Shown here: positions 60,701 through 64,000 of the stretch, one piece after another
Layout of the letters: each line of letters opens with the position of its first letter
How positions within the stretch are numbered: the first letter of the stretch is position 1
Source of the DNA: Kofleriaceae bacterium
GTDB lineage: Bacteria > Myxococcota_A > Polyangia > Haliangiales > Haliangiaceae
Direction of reading: 5' to 3'
Length of the DNA: 64,000 nt
NCBI GenBank assembly: GCA_039922635.1
Contig: JBDTEH010000241.1
Span: 7,672-71,671 of the forward strand
Notes under the pieces: model-generated
The model's database searches: none
Told to the model about the DNA's origin: nothing
What the model saw: only the letters and a program-made list of their open reading frames with translations
Translations under genes and position numbers: made by a program

Positions 60701-63700
60701 AGTGCATCCGCGATCTGCGGATCGTCCGGGAGGATCGTGCGCGCGTGGCGCAGCGTGGCGGCTGCTTCCTCGGGCGAGGCGAGCCAATCGAGCAGCACGC
60801 CGGCGCGGCGCGCGAGCAGCTGCGCGCGTTCGGCGGCGTCGCGGGCGAGGCCGGCGCGGCGGCGCAGCACGTCGCCGAGCTCGGTCCAGCGTGCGTGCGC
60901 CTGGTACAGCCGATCGAGCGCGGCCCACGCGTCTTCGTCGTCGGGCCAGATCGCGACCAGCTGCTGATACGAATCGATCGCGCGGTCCGGCAGCTCGAGC
61001 TCTTGCTCGTAGATCTTCGCGATCTGGCGCAGCGCCACCCGCGCCTCGTCGCTGCCTTCGGCGATCTCCGACACCTTGACGAGCGTCTCGATCACCTTGC
61101 TCCACCGACCCACCGTGCCGTAGAGCTCGGCGAGCTTCATGCACACGGCGGTATCCGCGGGCGCGAGCACGCGCAGGCGCTCGAACGCATCGATCGCGTC
61201 GTGCGGCCGGTTGATCCGATCGGTGTAGATCGCCGTGAGGTCGCGCAACAACTGCGGGCGTTCGGCCTCGGGAGCGGCGGTGCCGAGCCGCGGATCGGTG
61301 CGCTCCTCGAGCGAGGCGGCGAGCTCGACCCAGCGGCCCTCGGTGCGATACAGCTCCTCGATGCGCGCGCGCGCGGTGGTCTCGTTCGGTAGCATGCCGA
61401 GGATACGGCGCAGTTGCGCCTCGGTCTCGCGCGGGCGCTTCTGCTCGAACCGGATGGTCGCGACCTCCATCAGGAGGTCCGCGGCGGTGTGCGCGGTCTC
61501 GGCTTGTTCGGCGAGCCCCTCGTAGAGATCCGCGAGCCGGTCCCACGCCTTGTGCTCGCTCGCGATCCGGTGCAGCCGCGCACGTACCTCGGCATCACCT
61601 TCAGGCGCGCGCTTGGCGGTGGCGAACGCGCGCGCGAGCGCATCGAAGGCGCGCGCGATGTCCTTGCCACCGGTCTCCCACACCTCGCTGGCGCGGAACA
61701 GCCAGCGCAGCCGCGCGCTCGGATCCGGCGCGGGCAGCGATTCGTACGCGACCGCGAGCTCTTCCCACGGCGTCTCGAACATGCGGTTCGGCAGCGTCGG
61801 CAGCGGCGGGCGGCGCACCGGGGCCTGCGCCTTGCGCGGCATCGGCGGCGGTGCCGAGACCCGCCGCGCGCGCGGCGAACCGGCCGTGATCTGCGGCGGG
61901 CGTGGCGGCGGGGGCGGCAGCTTCGAGCCGCTGGGCGTCACCCCGGGCAGGTGCGGTGCGCTGCGGACCGGCGGCCCGGGTGGAACGACCATCTTCGCGA
62001 TGTCGTTCATCGACAGCGTCATCGTCGAGTTCTCGGGCGTGACGAACGGGTTCTCGCCCGTGACCTGCTGCTTGCGCGCCTCCGCCATCTCGATCTCGGT
62101 AAGATCGAGCGGCTGCGTCGAATCGCCGATGTTGAGGCTCGCACTGGACAGATCGTCGTCGCTCAGCGGATCGGTCTGCGCCCGGTTCGGGATCCGCGGC
62201 CGCAGCGGCGCGGCGCGCGTCGCGGAGGCGACGGCCTCTGCGACGGCGGTCTCCACCTGGATCGTCGCGGCCGGCGGCTCCGCGCGCGGCGCCTTGTCGG
62301 CGTCGCGATACTTGCCGATCACGCGCGCGAGCCGCCACAGGTGCGAGGCGGTCTCGGCCTCCTCGGGCGCGAGCAGCAACGCGACGAGATGCGTGCGGAA
62401 CGCGCGGGGGGCGTCCTTCAGTTGGTCTTCGATCGTCGCGGCCTTGCGGCGCAGCAACTCGACGCGCTTCGCGGTCGTCGCCGCGCGATCGATCAACGCG
62501 GAGTCGACGGCGACGAGGTCGTTCCACGCCCGCGCCTTCGGCGCCAGGGCCTCGAGCGCGAGCCGGACGTCTTCGCGATCCGGCGACCACGAGAACGCGG
62601 CGAGCACGTCGGCGACGGCGCCCTTCGGATCGCCGGTGCGCTCGTCGAGGATGCGCGCGCGGCGCAGGTAGAGCTCGACGCGCTCGCTCGGGGTCGCCGC
62701 GGTGAGCACGAGCTCGAACGCATCGAGCAGGTGCTTCCAGATCGGCCGCTGATCGAGCTCGGCGGCGAGGCGCTCGAGCTCCGAGAGCAGCTCGGCGTCG
62801 CGTGGCGACGCGGCGAGGGCCTCGGCAAAGATCGCGATCCCACGGGGCTTGTCGCCGAGCCGGCGCTCGCACAGCTGCGCGAGCTCGCGCGACAGCGCGA
62901 CGAACCGCTCGGGCTCGGCAGGCACGCCTCCGCCCGCGGCGATCAGGCGCTTGCGCTCGTCGGTGATCACCTCCGCGAGCTCGCGCCAGAGCCCGTATGC
63001 CTCGCCGGCGCGGCGGACATCCGCGAGCGTCTGCTCGTCGGGAGCTTCGTCGTGCGCGCGCCGCCACCAGCGGAACGCGCCGCGTGGGTCGCCGAGCTTG
63101 TCCGCGGTCGCGGCGGCGATCCGCTGGACCAGCGAGCGGCGCTCGTCGGCGAACGTCATCGAGGCTTCGGGATCGGCCGCCGATGCGGCGACCACGTGCT
63201 GGAGCATGCGCTCCAGCATCGCGACGTGCTCCTTCCAGCGCCCGAGCTTCGCGAGCAAGTCGGCCGCGGCCGCCATCGCTTCTTCTTGCTCGGGGTCGAG
63301 CTCGAGCACGCGCTTGAACGCCTGCAGGGCACGCGTCGGGTTGGCGAGCCGGTCGCGGCAGATGAAGCCGATCTCGAGGCCGCGCGAGATCTTGCGGATC
63401 GGCTCGGGCGACAGGTACATCTCGCGCTCCGCGATCCGCACGGCCGCGTCGAAGTCGCCGCGCGCCTCGTGCAGCCGGCGCAGCGCGGTGTGGGCCTCGA
63501 GGTGATTCGGGTTGATGTCGCGGAGCAGCGCATCGAGCGCCTTGATCGCGTCGGCGGGCGCGCCGAGCCGCTCCTCGAAGATCGTCGCGCGCTCCATCGC
63601 GACCTGGCTGGCCGCGTCGAGATCGTCGCCGAAGTTCGAGCCGATCATCATCGCGACCTGGCGACCGAGGATCTCGGCGAGCTCGCGCCACTTGCCGGCA

Positions 63701-63996
63701 TCGCGATACAGCCGCGTGAGGGCGGCGAGCGCGGCGCGGCTCTTGGGCGTCAGCTCGAGCACGCGCAGCCACGCCTTCACGGCGCGCGCCGGATCGTGCA
63801 AGTGCTGTTCGAGCACGACCGCGTAGACCTCGAGGTCGTACACGCGCACCGCCGCGTCGGGCGTGCCGGGCGCCGGTAGCGGGCGACCGCCATCGAGGCG
63901 CTCGAGGATCTGGGCGAGCTCCGGCCAGCGCTCGGCGCGCTCGTACAAGGCGCGCAACGCGGCGAGTGCGTCGGGATCCGAGGGTGACGCGTGCAC
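57778..63996 (-). CDS. Giant TPR-repeat protein (at least 2,072 aa), probably 5'-truncated by the window edge
   Basis: TPR-like 34-aa helical hairpins run throughout (e.g. AIDAFERLRVLAPADTAVCMKLAELYGTVGRWSKVIE). There is a central Pro-rich segment (PPGPPVRSAPHLPGVTPSGSKLPPPPPRPPQI...). The frame stays open past 63996 to the end of the window, so the true start may lie beyond 64000. Confidence 0.85.
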
Positions 63997-64000
63997 CGTC

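Noticed and set aside
61414-63879. 821-aa plus-strand ORF and 723-aa minus-strand alternate (61601-63772) within the giant TPR gene
   Set aside because: These are antisense or out of frame relative to a continuous 6.2-kb TPR reading frame, with the Arg-rich composition typical of GC artefacts.

Overview
A high-GC segment (about 70% by eye) with the gene content of a Myxococcota chromosome. It carries four Hanks-type Ser/Thr kinases, many lipoproteins, TPR giants and very frequent 4-nt start/stop overlaps (ATGA/GTGA). I support about 50 protein-coding genes. I found no rRNA, tRNA, CRISPR array, transposase or integrase. Most long ORFs antisense to or out of frame with these genes are Arg/Ala/Pro-rich artefacts of the GC content.

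Gene content from left to right:
- gldG-like (5'-truncated) plus a DUF4340 partner
- HtrA protease
- TamA/TamB-like pair
- EVE-domain protein and Fe-SOD
- PHP phosphoesterase, a membrane-anchored PD-(D/E)XK-like protein and a Zn-ribbon protein
- Ser/Thr kinase with an AgmX/PglI-like tail
- a 10-kb MoxR-DUF58-DUF4381-BatA-BatB-BatC-BatD/E aerotolerance-type operon, trailed by an AlaX editing protein
- MATE exporter preceded by a promoter, a structured leader and an intrinsic terminator
- two tandem jelly-roll (CBM-like) lipoproteins
- PhoD plus a non-RD kinase with a 750-aa N-terminal domain
- carboxylesterase
- a PHM/DBH-like copper monooxygenase lipoprotein
- a small lower-GC islet with an XRE regulator
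- WXXGXW-repeat protein
- 5'-nucleotidase and class II DAHP synthase
- pyruvate kinase, then a kinase, then two TPR-PEGA paralogs
- a three-gene envelope module (5'-nucleotidase-like lipoprotein, lipoprotein, OM beta-barrel)
- 3D-domain protein
- a satellite bacterial-microcompartment module: two BMC-P vertex genes coupled to a class II aldolase with an encapsulation-peptide-like tail
- a membrane kinase
- a TPR protein of more than 2,072 aa that runs off the right edge

The most interesting candidates are the orphan BMC module, the riboswitch-like leader of the MATE gene, the copper monooxygenase lipoprotein and the nucleotidase/lipoprotein/beta-barrel module.
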